Virus record (IMG/VR): IMGVR_UViG_3300015214_000024
Location: 265,787-329,786 of that record
Length of the DNA: 64,000 nt
Reading direction: 5' to 3' (one strand)
From: a virus
Lineage: Duplodnaviria; Heunggongvirae; Uroviricota; Caudoviricetes
Of the stretch, positions 29,211 through 37,340 are shown piece by piece. The stretch's first letter is position 1; each line of letters opens with the position of its first letter. The translations under genes and the position numbers were made by a program. Below the pieces are notes generated by a model, which saw nothing but the letters and a program-made list of their open reading frames with translations, did no database searches and was not told the origin of the DNA.

Positions 29211-31743
29211 TTTCTACGTCCTCGCATCGTTGACACATATCTTTGTCGTTCACCTTAGCATAGTATGTCCTACAACGCAAGCACTTTTCACCATTATAAA
29301 CTTCAAAATGAACCGTTCGGGTTCCGACTTGCTCATTTTTATATTGAGCACAACCTAAAACTTCTTTCCAATCAACAGGGAGCGGAGATTTGAAACATAC
29401 TACCATCTGCTCCATCTGCCATTTTTGTTCGCTACGTTGATCTTCGAAAGCTTTCAATACTTCATCGCGTTCATTTTCGACGAATTCCCAGTACCCTAAA
29501 TTTTCACAGTCTAAATCATTCAAGCAATAGCTTGGATCAAATCCATATTGTGAAACTTCTGCCACCAAAAATGGTGTAGTTGGTTCCATTACATAAAGTA
29601 ACGTTCTGACTAGGCGATCCAACGTGTATAATACTGCCTGCCTGCGATTGCTTCCCTTTGAATCACAATACAAAGAATCTTTGACTTGAGTGAAATAAAA
29701 TTCACTGACCCAGCGCACATATGCCAATGCCTTTCTTACTGTCGGGAAAGTACCACCACATTGACTCTGTACCAATTCTTTAGCTTTATATAATACATAA
29801 CGGTCAACTGGAAGCAGTTCTGCACTTTGATTAACCACTTCGCCATTGAGGTTTGCTAAGCAGAACCTCACCGTGTTACGGACTTTGTCATAATTTGCCT
29901 GTGTTTGCTTGAGCTTTTCTTCATCAAACTCAACATCTGAATCAGCAAACCCGCTCAACAGCCACAGTCTCATAACATCGGCGCCATATTTTTCAAGAAG
30001 ATCTGGTAGCCCGCCACCATTACCAACACTCTTTGACATTTTCTGGCGGCGCTGGAGCACAAATCCGTGAGTGAACACGTTTTTAAAAGGTAATTTGCCA
30101 TAAAGAGCATAATGGACAAGTGCGCTGGACTGGAACCAACCCCGATGCTGATCAGTACCTTCTAAGTACATATCGGCCCGATCTACGTCAGGATATACAG
30201 CTTTTAAACTTGATCCAGAATCAAACCACACATCAAGAACATCCATCACTTTTTGGTATTGGCCGTGATATTTTTCAGGCAAGAAAAAGTCAGCGTCGTG
30301 TTCATACCAAACATCACTACTATGTTCTTTAAACATTTTTACAACATTAGTATTGACCTCAGGATCAACGAGCATTTCTCCAGTTTCATTGTGGAGAAAC
30401 AGGGCCATAGGCACACCCCAAAGACGTTGACGACTTAAACACCATTCAGATCGGTCGCCAAACATAAATTTGAATCGATTAGCATAGCCAGTAGAATTCC
30501 AATTGACTTCGTCAACTTCTTCGAGCAATTTATCCTTGAAAGAATCAAAATTGAAGAACCAATTTTTCTTGGTTTTCACAACTACTGGTTTTTTAGATCG
30601 CCAGGAGACTTGACGTTCCGACACTCGGTGCAACTCATAATAATAAACTAAATCTGGTCGACTTTCGAGGTATTCCTTTACGGCCTGATTTGCTTTATAG
30701 ACGTGGACTTTTACGCCATTGACTTCCATCATAGCGTCATCATCAACCAGCCCTTCAAGATTTAGGTTATACTTTACACCAAGCTTAAAATCGTCAAATC
30801 CGTGTCCAGGTACAACGTGTAAAAAGCCAGACCCAGCGTGTTCATTAACCGAATCATTTTCTTCCAACAGCGGTGACCTACCCCCAAAAGGAGGATTGAC
30901 AAATTTACCTTTTAGTTCATTTGGATCAAAATTTCTAACAAATTCCAAACCAAGCTCTTGGTTGAGCATAAAGCCAGCACTTTCATTCATCACAACATAC
31001 TTGCCAGATGGTGTTTTGCCCATTTTATAGGTTGCATCAGAATTATAAGCTACCGCTTTATTACCAGGCAATGTCCAAGGTGTAGTGGTCCACACTAAAA
31101 CGCTATAATTTTCACCTTCAACTGGAAATTCAACAAATAATGAATCGAGCGGTAAACTTACAGATTCAAGTTCAGCTTCAGCCAATGTAGTCTTTTCTAC
31201 TGGTGACCAATGAACCGGGCGGAATCGCTGTTCCAAAAGGCCACGCTCTTGAAGTCCATAAAGATTCTTCAAAGTTTCAGCTTCGTATTCATAGTCGTGA
31301 GTTTTATAGCATTTATCCCATTCGGCTCTTACACCAAATGATTTAAATTCTTCTTTTTGAACGTCTACCCACGAATCAGCATATGCTCGGCAATCCTTTC
31401 GGAACTGCACCACGTCAGCATCTTTACTCTTTCCAGCTTTAGTGTATTGTTCTTCAACTTTAACTTCGATCGGTAAGCCGTGACAATCCCATCCTGGACG
31501 GAACGATACGGTTTTTCCATTAAAGCGTTCTTGATGACGATTTACAGAATCTTTCAACACTTTGTTCAAAAAGTGTCCAAGGTGTAAATTACCATTTGCA
31601 TAAGGGGGGCCGTCGTGCAACAAAAAATCAAATCCATCAGATTGTGGATGAGTAGTTACTACTTTAGTGAATGTTGTGTCTGACCCAGCCTGCCGTTTAA
31701 GTGGGAAAGAAGTTGATGGTAGAAAAAGATTAAATTTAGACAT
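29188..31743 (-). CDS. ileS: isoleucyl-tRNA synthetase (IleRS1-like, C-terminal Zn finger)
   Basis: HDGPPYANG.LHLGH, WTTTPWTLP, WCLSRQRLWG, EGTDQHRGWF, KMSKS, CxxC..CxxC. Confidence 0.95.
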   Translation of the reverse strand: MSKFNLFLPSTSFPLKRQAGSDTTFTKVVTTHPQSDGFDFLLHDGPPYANGNLHLGHFLNKVLKDSVNRHQERFNGKTVSFRPGWDCHGLPIEVKVEEQYTKAGKSKDADVVQFRKDCRAYADSWVDVQKEEFKSFGVRAEWDKCYKTHDYEYEAETLKNLYGLQERGLLEQRFRPVHWSPVEKTTLAEAELESVSLPLDSLFVEFPVEGENYSVLVWTTTPWTLPGNKAVAYNSDATYKMGKTPSGKYVVMNESAGFMLNQELGLEFVRNFDPNELKGKFVNPPFGGRSPLLEENDSVNEHAGSGFLHVVPGHGFDDFKLGVKYNLNLEGLVDDDAMMEVNGVKVHVYKANQAVKEYLESRPDLVYYYELHRVSERQVSWRSKKPVVVKTKKNWFFNFDSFKDKLLEEVDEVNWNSTGYANRFKFMFGDRSEWCLSRQRLWGVPMALFLHNETGEMLVDPEVNTNVVKMFKEHSSDVWYEHDADFFLPEKYHGQYQKVMDVLDVWFDSGSSLKAVYPDVDRADMYLEGTDQHRGWFQSSALVHYALYGKLPFKNVFTHGFVLQRRQKMSKSVGNGGGLPDLLEKYGADVMRLWLLSGFADSDVEFDEEKLKQTQANYDKVRNTVRFCLANLNGEVVNQSAELLPVDRYVLYKAKELVQSQCGGTFPTVRKALAYVRWVSEFYFTQVKDSLYCDSKGSNRRQAVLYTLDRLVRTLLYVMEPTTPFLVAEVSQYGFDPSYCLNDLDCENLGYWEFVENERDEVLKAFEDQRSEQKWQMEQMVVCFKSPLPVDWKEVLGCAQYKNEQVGTRTVHFEVYNGEKCLRCRTYYAKVNDKDMCQRCEDVENEYGSSV

Positions 31744-31797
31744 TTTAAAAACTCCTATTGAATAAAAATCACAAATTAACTTGGACCAGATAACGTA

Positions 31798-31848
31798 TTA
31801 CCTGGCCTTTATAATTCGTATATTTTTAATCAAATTAAGAGTTTTCAT
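31798..31848 (-). promoter_or_regulatory. Ile-rich leader peptide MKTLNLIKNIRIIKAR (translational attenuator of ileS-lysS)
   Basis: Four Ile codons (ATT, ATA, ATT, ATA); leader nt AAAACTCTTA..TTGATTAAAAAT complementary to ATTTTTATTCAA-TAGGAGTTTT over the ileS SD. Confidence 0.75.
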
Positions 31849-32351
31849 TCCTGTTCTTCTTTAATAACTTCTTTCAAAGCGAGTTCTACAAATTGATCGA
31901 TTGAAATTCCACGAAGTGCAGCAGCAGCTTCGAGCATTTCCTTAACATCGTCATCAAGTTCCAAAGTTAAAACAACCCTCGGGTCATATTCTTCACCTTT
32001 AGGTATTTTCGTAACTTTGTCAATAATGTCGTCAAAATCATCAGTCATATGCCAATTGAGATCTTCACTAAATTCATCCCATTTGATATTACGCTGTTTT
32101 GCTTCTTCCTTATAAGCATCTAAATAGTCCAAGTCAATCCACCTGTAGCGGAGTTCACCTTCATAAGTTTCGCTGATTGAAATTTCATATATTTGCTGTG
32201 TTTGAGTATCAAAAACTGCGCTAATATGAAAATTATCATCTGAACTATCAAGGAATCGTGCATTTGGACCAAAACATTTCCAAAGGAATTCACTTCCGTC
32301 AGTAATTTTGAAATCAATTGCTTTTGTGAAAGCTTCCATTTGTTTTGACAT
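31845..32351 (-). CDS. hypothetical protein with C-terminal ribbon-helix-helix-like segment
   Basis: GGAGG RBS; LELDDDV...AA.RGISIDQFV. Confidence 0.6.
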   Translation of the reverse strand: MSKQMEAFTKAIDFKITDGSEFLWKCFGPNARFLDSSDDNFHISAVFDTQTQQIYEISISETYEGELRYRWIDLDYLDAYKEEAKQRNIKWDEFSEDLNWHMTDDFDDIIDKVTKIPKGEEYDPRVVLTLELDDDVKEMLEAAAALRGISIDQFVELALKEVIKEEQE

Positions 32352-32554
32352 TAGATTGCCTCCAAACAATGCTCAGTGATTGAAACAGCCTTCCAGCCAT
32401 CGCCATATCCATTGTTATATGGCGTATCCAGTTCTACGATGAACACTGTCATACCAGGAGCGTCAAATGCCACTCCGATTGTGGAACCTTTAATACCATC
32501 CATGTCACCGCCAGTACGAACAAGCTTAACACGCTGATTAGGTGAGAATTTCAT
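32351..32554 (-). CDS. small SH3/KOW-like hypothetical protein
   Basis: AAGGA RBS; F.PNQRVK...G..G. Confidence 0.5.
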   Translation of the reverse strand: MKFSPNQRVKLVRTGGDMDGIKGSTIGVAFDAPGMTVFIVELDTPYNNGYGDGWKAVSITEHCLEAI

Positions 32555-32577
32555 TTTCAGTCCTTTCGATTATGTTG

Positions 32578-32661
32578 CGGAGTAGTGGGGATTCGAACCC
32601 CATACCTTGCGGTACCCTCTGTTTTCGAGGCAGTGTTAGAACCTATCTAATTACGTACTCC
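32578..32661 (-). tRNA. tRNA-Ser(CGA), 8/4-type with bulged acceptor stem
   Basis: GGAGTA(C)GT/ACTACTCC-G, 5-bp D stem TTAGA/TCTAA, loop CT-CGA-AA, long V arm, 4-bp T stem GGGG/CCCC; CCA not encoded. Confidence 0.7.
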
Positions 32662-32892
32662 AAAATTGTCAACCAGTTTTACTAATTCTTTTTCAGCCAA
32701 ATACATTTCAACTTTAGTATTGTAAAACCTTAATATTTCTTTATTAAAATTATCAATTCCATATTTTTCAATAGCATATCTTATTCTTTTACCAGAACCC
32801 ATATAACCATCATCGAGATTTTTAGTCGAATGGGCACCAATGTAAAACTTACCATTTATTTGGTTTGTTATTTTATAAACATAGTAAAACAT
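32647..32892 (-). pseudogene. truncated Seg-like GIY-YIG homing endonuclease
   Basis: YYVYKITN..NGKFYIG.H...DDGYMGSG; only 81 aa, runs into the tRNA. Confidence 0.7.
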
Positions 32893-32930
32893 ATTTTCAA
32901 ATCCGGCGCGCTTGTCCGGTCAATCTTCCA

Positions 32931-33122
32931 TTAGTGTGAATATCTACATTCACTTATGCTATCACATTCAAATCCTGGAGCACCACAAATTGAACAGTCA
33001 AGCTTGGTTTGTCTAAACCATTCCTTTTTGCCGTTATGTGGATTGATTTCACAATAAAGTTCATTAATCCTGCCTGGTGACTTGAATGATCCAAACAACC
33101 AACTTAGCACTTTACCAAACAT
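32931..33122 (-). CDS. small Cys-containing hypothetical protein
   Basis: AAGGAG RBS, own promoter. Confidence 0.45.
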   Translation of the reverse strand: MFGKVLSWLFGSFKSPGRINELYCEINPHNGKKEWFRQTKLDCSICGAPGFECDSISECRYSH

Positions 33123-33171
33123 AGCATCTCCTTTCCTTTCTGTCTATAAAGGAAGAAATGAAATATGTCAA

Positions 33172-33263
33172 TGGCGGACAGTGAGGGATTTGAACCCTCG
33201 GAACCCCTTACGAGGTTCGGCACATTAGCAGTGTGCTGGTTTTAGCCACTCACCCAACTGTCC
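33172..33263 (-). tRNA. tRNA-Ser(GCT), canonical 7/5
   Basis: GGACAGT/ACTGTCC-G-CCA; GCACA-CTGCTAA-TGTGC; long V arm. Confidence 0.95.
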
Positions 33264-33271
33264 ATAAAATT

Positions 33272-33361
33272 TGGAGGAAGACGGGATAATCGAAATCCAC
33301 ACCATATTTCAGGTGCCCACTCCTTAGCAGGGAGGTCCAGAACCTTTCTGGTTCATCTTCC
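33272..33361 (-). tRNA. tRNA-Ser(GCT), 8/4-type, U73
   Basis: 8-bp GGAAGATG/CGTCTTCC, T-CCA, D stem CCAGA/TCTGG, CTCC-CTGCTAA-GGAG, 4-bp T stem GGAT/ATCC. Confidence 0.85.
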
Positions 33362-33368
33362 ATATATA

Positions 33369-33484
33369 CAACAAAGACAGGATTCGAACCTACGTGGTCC
33401 CAGGGCGTCAAATTAATTTGTCCGGATCCTAAGACCATCCCGCTTCTGGGCGGGCTACCTTAAACCTATCTCAGCCACTTCATT
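33369..33484 (-). ncRNA. tRNA-Ser-like RNA with 6-nt anticodon loop and hyper-extended variable arm
   Basis: AATGAAG/CTTTGTT-G, Ser-type D loop, CCCGC-CCAGAA-GCGGG, 10-bp TGGTCTTAGG/CCTGGGACCA V stem, GGTTCGAATCC. Confidence 0.6.
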
Positions 33485-33488
33485 GTAT

Positions 33489-33579
33489 TGGAGGAGCCGT
33501 GGGTACTCGAAACCCATACCGTTTTTTAGGTATCAACCGCTTTCCAGGCGGTGGTTGCGCCCTGGCAACTAACGACTCC
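33489..33579 (-). tRNA. tRNA-Ser(GGA), 8/4-type, U73
   Basis: GGAGTCGT/ACGGCTCC-T-CCA, D stem GTTGC/GCAAC, ACCGC-CTGGAAA-GCGGT, T stem GGGT/ACCC. Confidence 0.85.
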
Positions 33580-33585
33580 GCAAAT

Positions 33586-34257
33586 TTAAACTACTGTTCT
33601 TCCTTTATACCATCCTATTGGAATTACCATATCCTTTTTAATTTTCTGGTTTTTAGATCCGTCAGTAATCCACATAGTTCCGAATTGTGAATTTTTCCTT
33701 CCAGTTTGGAAGCCATCATTTTTTTCTTTCCATTTTTTAATAGCACTATCAGATTTAGATAATTTACTAAATTCTTTAGCTTTTTCTGGATTCAAGCTAT
33801 GGAATTCTTTCATAGCTTCAGAACCTTTAACCCATCCTTTACATTCCACAAACCGCAATCTTGCTTTTTCAAGTATCCATTCATAACCTGGTTTACCAAA
33901 TGGTGAAATAAATTTATTCCATTCTGCCTTAGTTTCAAATCCTCGATCTTTGTAATAAGAGCCTTCTAAGTTGTATATTGTAAAGCCACCAGTTCCGCCA
34001 AGCATTAAATTATAAGTATTGTTATCTTTTACAAAATCTTCGTTAACTATTTCACGTTCTTTATTATTCATATCATTTTCATTATCAAAAATATATAATG
34101 TTTCTTTATCAAAGTTTTTTATTCCATATTTTTCTATAGCAGATTTTATTAATTTTCCTGAACCCATATAGCCATCATCTAAATCATCAGTAATATGCTT
34201 GCCAATATAGATCTTACCATTTAGTTTGTTTGTTATTTTGTAAATTATATTAAACAT
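33586..34257 (-). mobile_element. Seg-like GIY-YIG homing endonuclease inside the tRNA array
   Basis: IIYKITNKLNGKIYIGKH...DDGYMGSG...YNL..GG; true start ATG 34257 (the upstream in-frame part is tRNA). Confidence 0.85.
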
Positions 34258-34277
34258 AAAAATCCATTCAATTTTTG

Positions 34278-34364
34278 AGGACAGTGTGGGATTCGAACCC
34301 ACGGGACCCTCGCAGGTCCTCCGGTTTTCAAGACCAGTGCAATCGGCCACTCTGCCAACTGTCC
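34278..34364 (-). tRNA. tRNA-Ser(TGA), canonical 7/5, U73
   Basis: GGACAGT/ACTGTCC-T; CTGGT-CTTGAAA-ACCGG; long V arm. Confidence 0.92.
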
Positions 34365-34372
34365 ATATATTT

Positions 34373-34461
34373 TGGCGGAGGGTAGGCGGAATCGAACCCC
34401 TGACCTTACGGTTCCACTAGTTTTCAAAACTAGGTGTGCATCCCCGGCACAATTACTCTCC
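34373..34461 (-). tRNA. tRNA-Ser(TGA), 8/4-like
   Basis: GGAGAGTA/TACCCTCC-G-CCA (one mismatch), D stem TGTGC/GCACA, CTAGT-TTTGAAA-ACTAG, bulged T stem. Confidence 0.8.
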
Positions 34462-34464
34462 AAT

Positions 34465-34490
34465 AAAAAACCCCCTAGTTTCCTAGGGGG
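34465..34490 (-). terminator. attenuator terminator immediately 5' of the tRNA-Ser array
   Basis: CCCCCTAG-GAAA-CTAGGGGG-TTTTTT ending 3 nt before the first tRNA. Confidence 0.9.
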
Positions 34491-34524
34491 TGTAACAGCA
34501 AACCTATCATTCAATAGATACTGT

Positions 34525-34572
34525 TCACCCCATTGGGATGGACGAACTACTGGATGATGAAATAATGAACAT
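34525..34572 (-). promoter_or_regulatory. serine leader peptide MFIISSSSSSSIPMG (transcription attenuator)
   Basis: AGGA RBS; TCA TCA TCC AGT AGT TCG TCC; alternative 1:2, 2:3 and 3:4 helices; TTGACA promoter at 34631-34636. Confidence 0.9.
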
Positions 34573-34665
34573 TCGTTTAATCTTTCCTGTTTGCTTTAAC
34601 TTTGTTCAGCTTATATTCTATTTAGTATTCTGTCAATAGTAAAATAATAAAAATTCTGATTTATT

Positions 34666-35304
34666 TTATGACCAATATTCATATAAACCAGACTGCATAG
34701 TATCCAGATATTCATCCCGGACACCGAAAAACTTAGCCAAATATCTTACCAACAAAGGTGTTGGAGGGGCGAATCGATCGATCAAATCCTCTTTGGAAAA
34801 ATCAATTATATCACCATTTTCCATTGTGATTGATTGCTTAACGTCACGAAACAGCCTAATTGCTTCTGATTTAACCTTTTGTCCATTTGGTATGTATGTC
34901 ATTTTACCGTGCTCATATGGATAAATCCCATATGGAATATATTTGAATGACGGTTCCATACCATAATCATTATTCAAAACTGAATTATAGTAATCCATTG
35001 AATCATTATATCGGTGCCAATCAGGCATACCAATATGGGTAAAAAGCATTATATTAGATAAGCCAGTTTCAGTTTGGTAACTCACAAACTGACTCATATA
35101 TGCTGATAAATTTTGTTTGTGCCCATCGCGCCAATAAAGTCTCATTTCAATATCTGAATCATCTTCAATCAGACGCAGAAAGGTATTAAAGTCAGAAATT
35201 TGGGTTTCAAGAGCATATTCGTACTGGTCCCAATCAACTCTCGGGTCGCGATCCACGATATTATGAAAACCGTAACCTAATACTTTATGAATCTTAAAGC
35301 CCAC
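34666..35304 (-). CDS. hypothetical protein
   Basis: GGGGGA RBS before GTG; 212 aa. Confidence 0.6.
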   Translation of the reverse strand: MGFKIHKVLGYGFHNIVDRDPRVDWDQYEYALETQISDFNTFLRLIEDDSDIEMRLYWRDGHKQNLSAYMSQFVSYQTETGLSNIMLFTHIGMPDWHRYNDSMDYYNSVLNNDYGMEPSFKYIPYGIYPYEHGKMTYIPNGQKVKSEAIRLFRDVKQSITMENGDIIDFSKEDLIDRFAPPTPLLVRYLAKFFGVRDEYLDTMQSGLYEYWS

Positions 35305-35353
35305 AAACTTCCCCCATTTTCTTATCCTCTAATAGCAGCTTTGTATTTTAATG

Positions 35354-36598
35354 TCAAAGGATAATTCGATCTGGAAAATATGGTTGAAGTATTTCAGGTA
35401 TTGCCACCCAGCCATCTGGCTGTTGATAATTTTCCAAAATAGCTACAAGAGTCCGACCAACAGCCAATCCGCTACCATTTAATGTATGGACCAAAGTAGT
35501 CTTTTTATCTCCTGGCAGCTTTACTCGTGCGGCCATACGTCGGGCCTGAAAATCGCCACAATTGCTGATCGAGCTAATTTCACGCCAAGCCTTTTGGCCC
35601 GGAAGCCAAACTTCCAAATCGTAAGTTTTTCTGGCGCCAAATCCCATATCACCCGCTGCTAATAAAACTCGCCTAAATGGTAAATCAAGTTTCTTAAGAA
35701 TCATTTCCGCAGCATTCAGCATATGCTGATGTTCATATCCGCTTTGGTCTGGAGTAGAAATGGTTACCATTTCTACTTTATGGAATTGATGTTGGCGTAT
35801 GAGCCCGTGAGTGTCTCTACCAGCACTGCCTGCTTCGGCCCTAAAGCACGGTGTTAGTCCAACCATACGCAATGGTAAATCACCATAATCCAAAATTTGA
35901 TTGGCAACCAAATTTGTCATTGGCACTTCGCCAGTTGGGATCAAATATCGACCATCTACGGTTTTAAACAAGTCCTCTTCAAATTTTGGAAGCTGACCGG
36001 TACCAAACATCGTTTGCTGATTCACCAAATAAGGAACATCTACTTCAGTAAAACCATATTCCTCAACGTGATGGTCAATCATAAACTGACCAATCACTCG
36101 GTGCAATTTAGCCAATGTGCCAGTCATCACATTAAAGCGAGTCCCTGCGATTTTTGTTGCTTGTTCAAAGTTAAATCCTGGAAGAAGGTGATGCTCTTTG
36201 ATTTCAAAATCAAATTCAGGAATGTCATCCTGATGTACTACAAGATTATTTTCCTCACCACCTTCTGGAACATCGTAGTGTGGAATATTTGGTACCTTAG
36301 CCCAAATGCTATCACGAACATCTTTCAACAAATCAACATTTTTCTTATAATGATCAATTTGCTCATTAGTTGCTTTTGCTTGTTCTTTCAGATCTTCAGC
36401 AGGTAATTTAAGCCTGTATGCATCACCAATTGCTTTATTAAGGTTGTTTCGTTCATTTTCAGCAGCTTGCAACTTTGTTGTATAAAGACGAAATTGCTCA
36501 TCAGCCCAAAACAAATCGTCAATTGCTCCTCCGCCGCGCCCCTTTAATGCACGTTTTACGGCTTCGCGATCAGTTCTGACATCATCAATATTAATCAT
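35354..36598 (-). CDS. serS: seryl-tRNA synthetase
   Basis: N-terminal coiled coil, GTGQLPKFEEDLF, LIPTGEVP, FRAEAGSAGRDT.GLIRQHQF.KVE, EISS.SNC.DFQARR, TLNGSGLAVGR. Confidence 0.97.
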   Translation of the reverse strand: MINIDDVRTDREAVKRALKGRGGGAIDDLFWADEQFRLYTTKLQAAENERNNLNKAIGDAYRLKLPAEDLKEQAKATNEQIDHYKKNVDLLKDVRDSIWAKVPNIPHYDVPEGGEENNLVVHQDDIPEFDFEIKEHHLLPGFNFEQATKIAGTRFNVMTGTLAKLHRVIGQFMIDHHVEEYGFTEVDVPYLVNQQTMFGTGQLPKFEEDLFKTVDGRYLIPTGEVPMTNLVANQILDYGDLPLRMVGLTPCFRAEAGSAGRDTHGLIRQHQFHKVEMVTISTPDQSGYEHQHMLNAAEMILKKLDLPFRRVLLAAGDMGFGARKTYDLEVWLPGQKAWREISSISNCGDFQARRMAARVKLPGDKKTTLVHTLNGSGLAVGRTLVAILENYQQPDGWVAIPEILQPYFPDRIIL

Positions 36599-37244
36599 TC
36601 CAAAAATCCTTCATTCCACCGTTCATATACGACTTGGCTGTAATAATTTTTCCCGTTCTTTCATCCCAAGCCTGATTATCCTGAAAACGAATTGTGCGAA
36701 TTTTATCACCACGCTGGCCAGAGCCACTTTCCTTATACTGTTCAGTCTTTAGACTAGAAAGAACAGCATTATCCATTGATTGTAACTTATTTGCTAGGGC
36801 CTGTCGAGCCTCTTGGTAATTAGATTCTCTAGAACGGCTTTGGCGTACTTCCACCAAACCTGTTGGAATATGGATCAATCTGCAGGAACATTGGTGCTTA
36901 TTTCGGTGTTGGCCGCCTTTACCTGTCCCAGAAAACCATTCTACCCGTAAATCGCTATCGCGTATTTCAGTTTTTTCCATTTTGGCGTCAATTAAAGCGA
37001 CCTTTACTGACGAAGTATGGACTCTGCCCCTGCGCTCAGTTGGAGGTACACGCTGGAAACGATGGCCGCCAACTTCTTTCTTAAGATTGTCGTTTGGTTT
37101 TTTTAGCTCAATAAAATAGCCTTGACCCTCTGGGCCGTGGCGGTGCAGTCAGCCATCAAGAGCTTTGAGGTATGAGTGATACAAATCTTTCGCTAATAAT
37201 TGAGCGTCTTTTCCGCCTTCACCAGGCATAATAACTAATTTCAT
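36591..37244 (-). CDS. RF1-like class I peptide chain release factor (lacks domain 1) with in-frame UGA at codon 32
   Basis: AAGGA RBS and ATG 37244; PGEGG.DA.L, then TGA (37149-37151), then E.GGHRFQRVPPTERRGRVHTS (PxT motif), GKGGQH.NK, R.DKIRT; 218 codons in one frame. Confidence 0.85.
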
Positions 37245-37319
37245 ATTTTTATTCCTTTTTAAAACAATAGAGTATTATCGTGTGAAATGTTAAATCACAA
37301 CGTCAATTTTCTTTAAGTT

Positions 37320-37340
37320 CTAAAAAAGAGTAAAACACAT
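37320..37340 (-). promoter_or_regulatory. UAG-terminated leader MCFTLF* occluding the release-factor SD
   Basis: AAGGA RBS; TTTTACTCTTTTTTAGAAC pairs with GTTTTAAAAAGGAATAAAA (RF SD); next in-frame stop TAA at 37290. Confidence 0.7.

Noticed and set aside
32578-34461. Selenocysteine tRNAs
   Set aside because: The geometry is Sec-like but the anticodons are CGA, GCT, GGA and TGA (Ser), none is TCA, and no selA/selB is in the window
34245-34557. ORFs 34245..34514, 34372..34557, 33250..33438, 33499..33690 and the N-terminal extension of 33586..34350
   Set aside because: These are shadow ORFs over tRNA genes and the attenuator
36591-37244. Genome-wide stop-codon reassignment (UGA=Trp or UAG recoded)
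   Set aside because: Long conserved genes are uninterrupted in code 11, many end in TGA or TAG, and no suppressor tRNA is seen; the in-frame UGA is gene-specific
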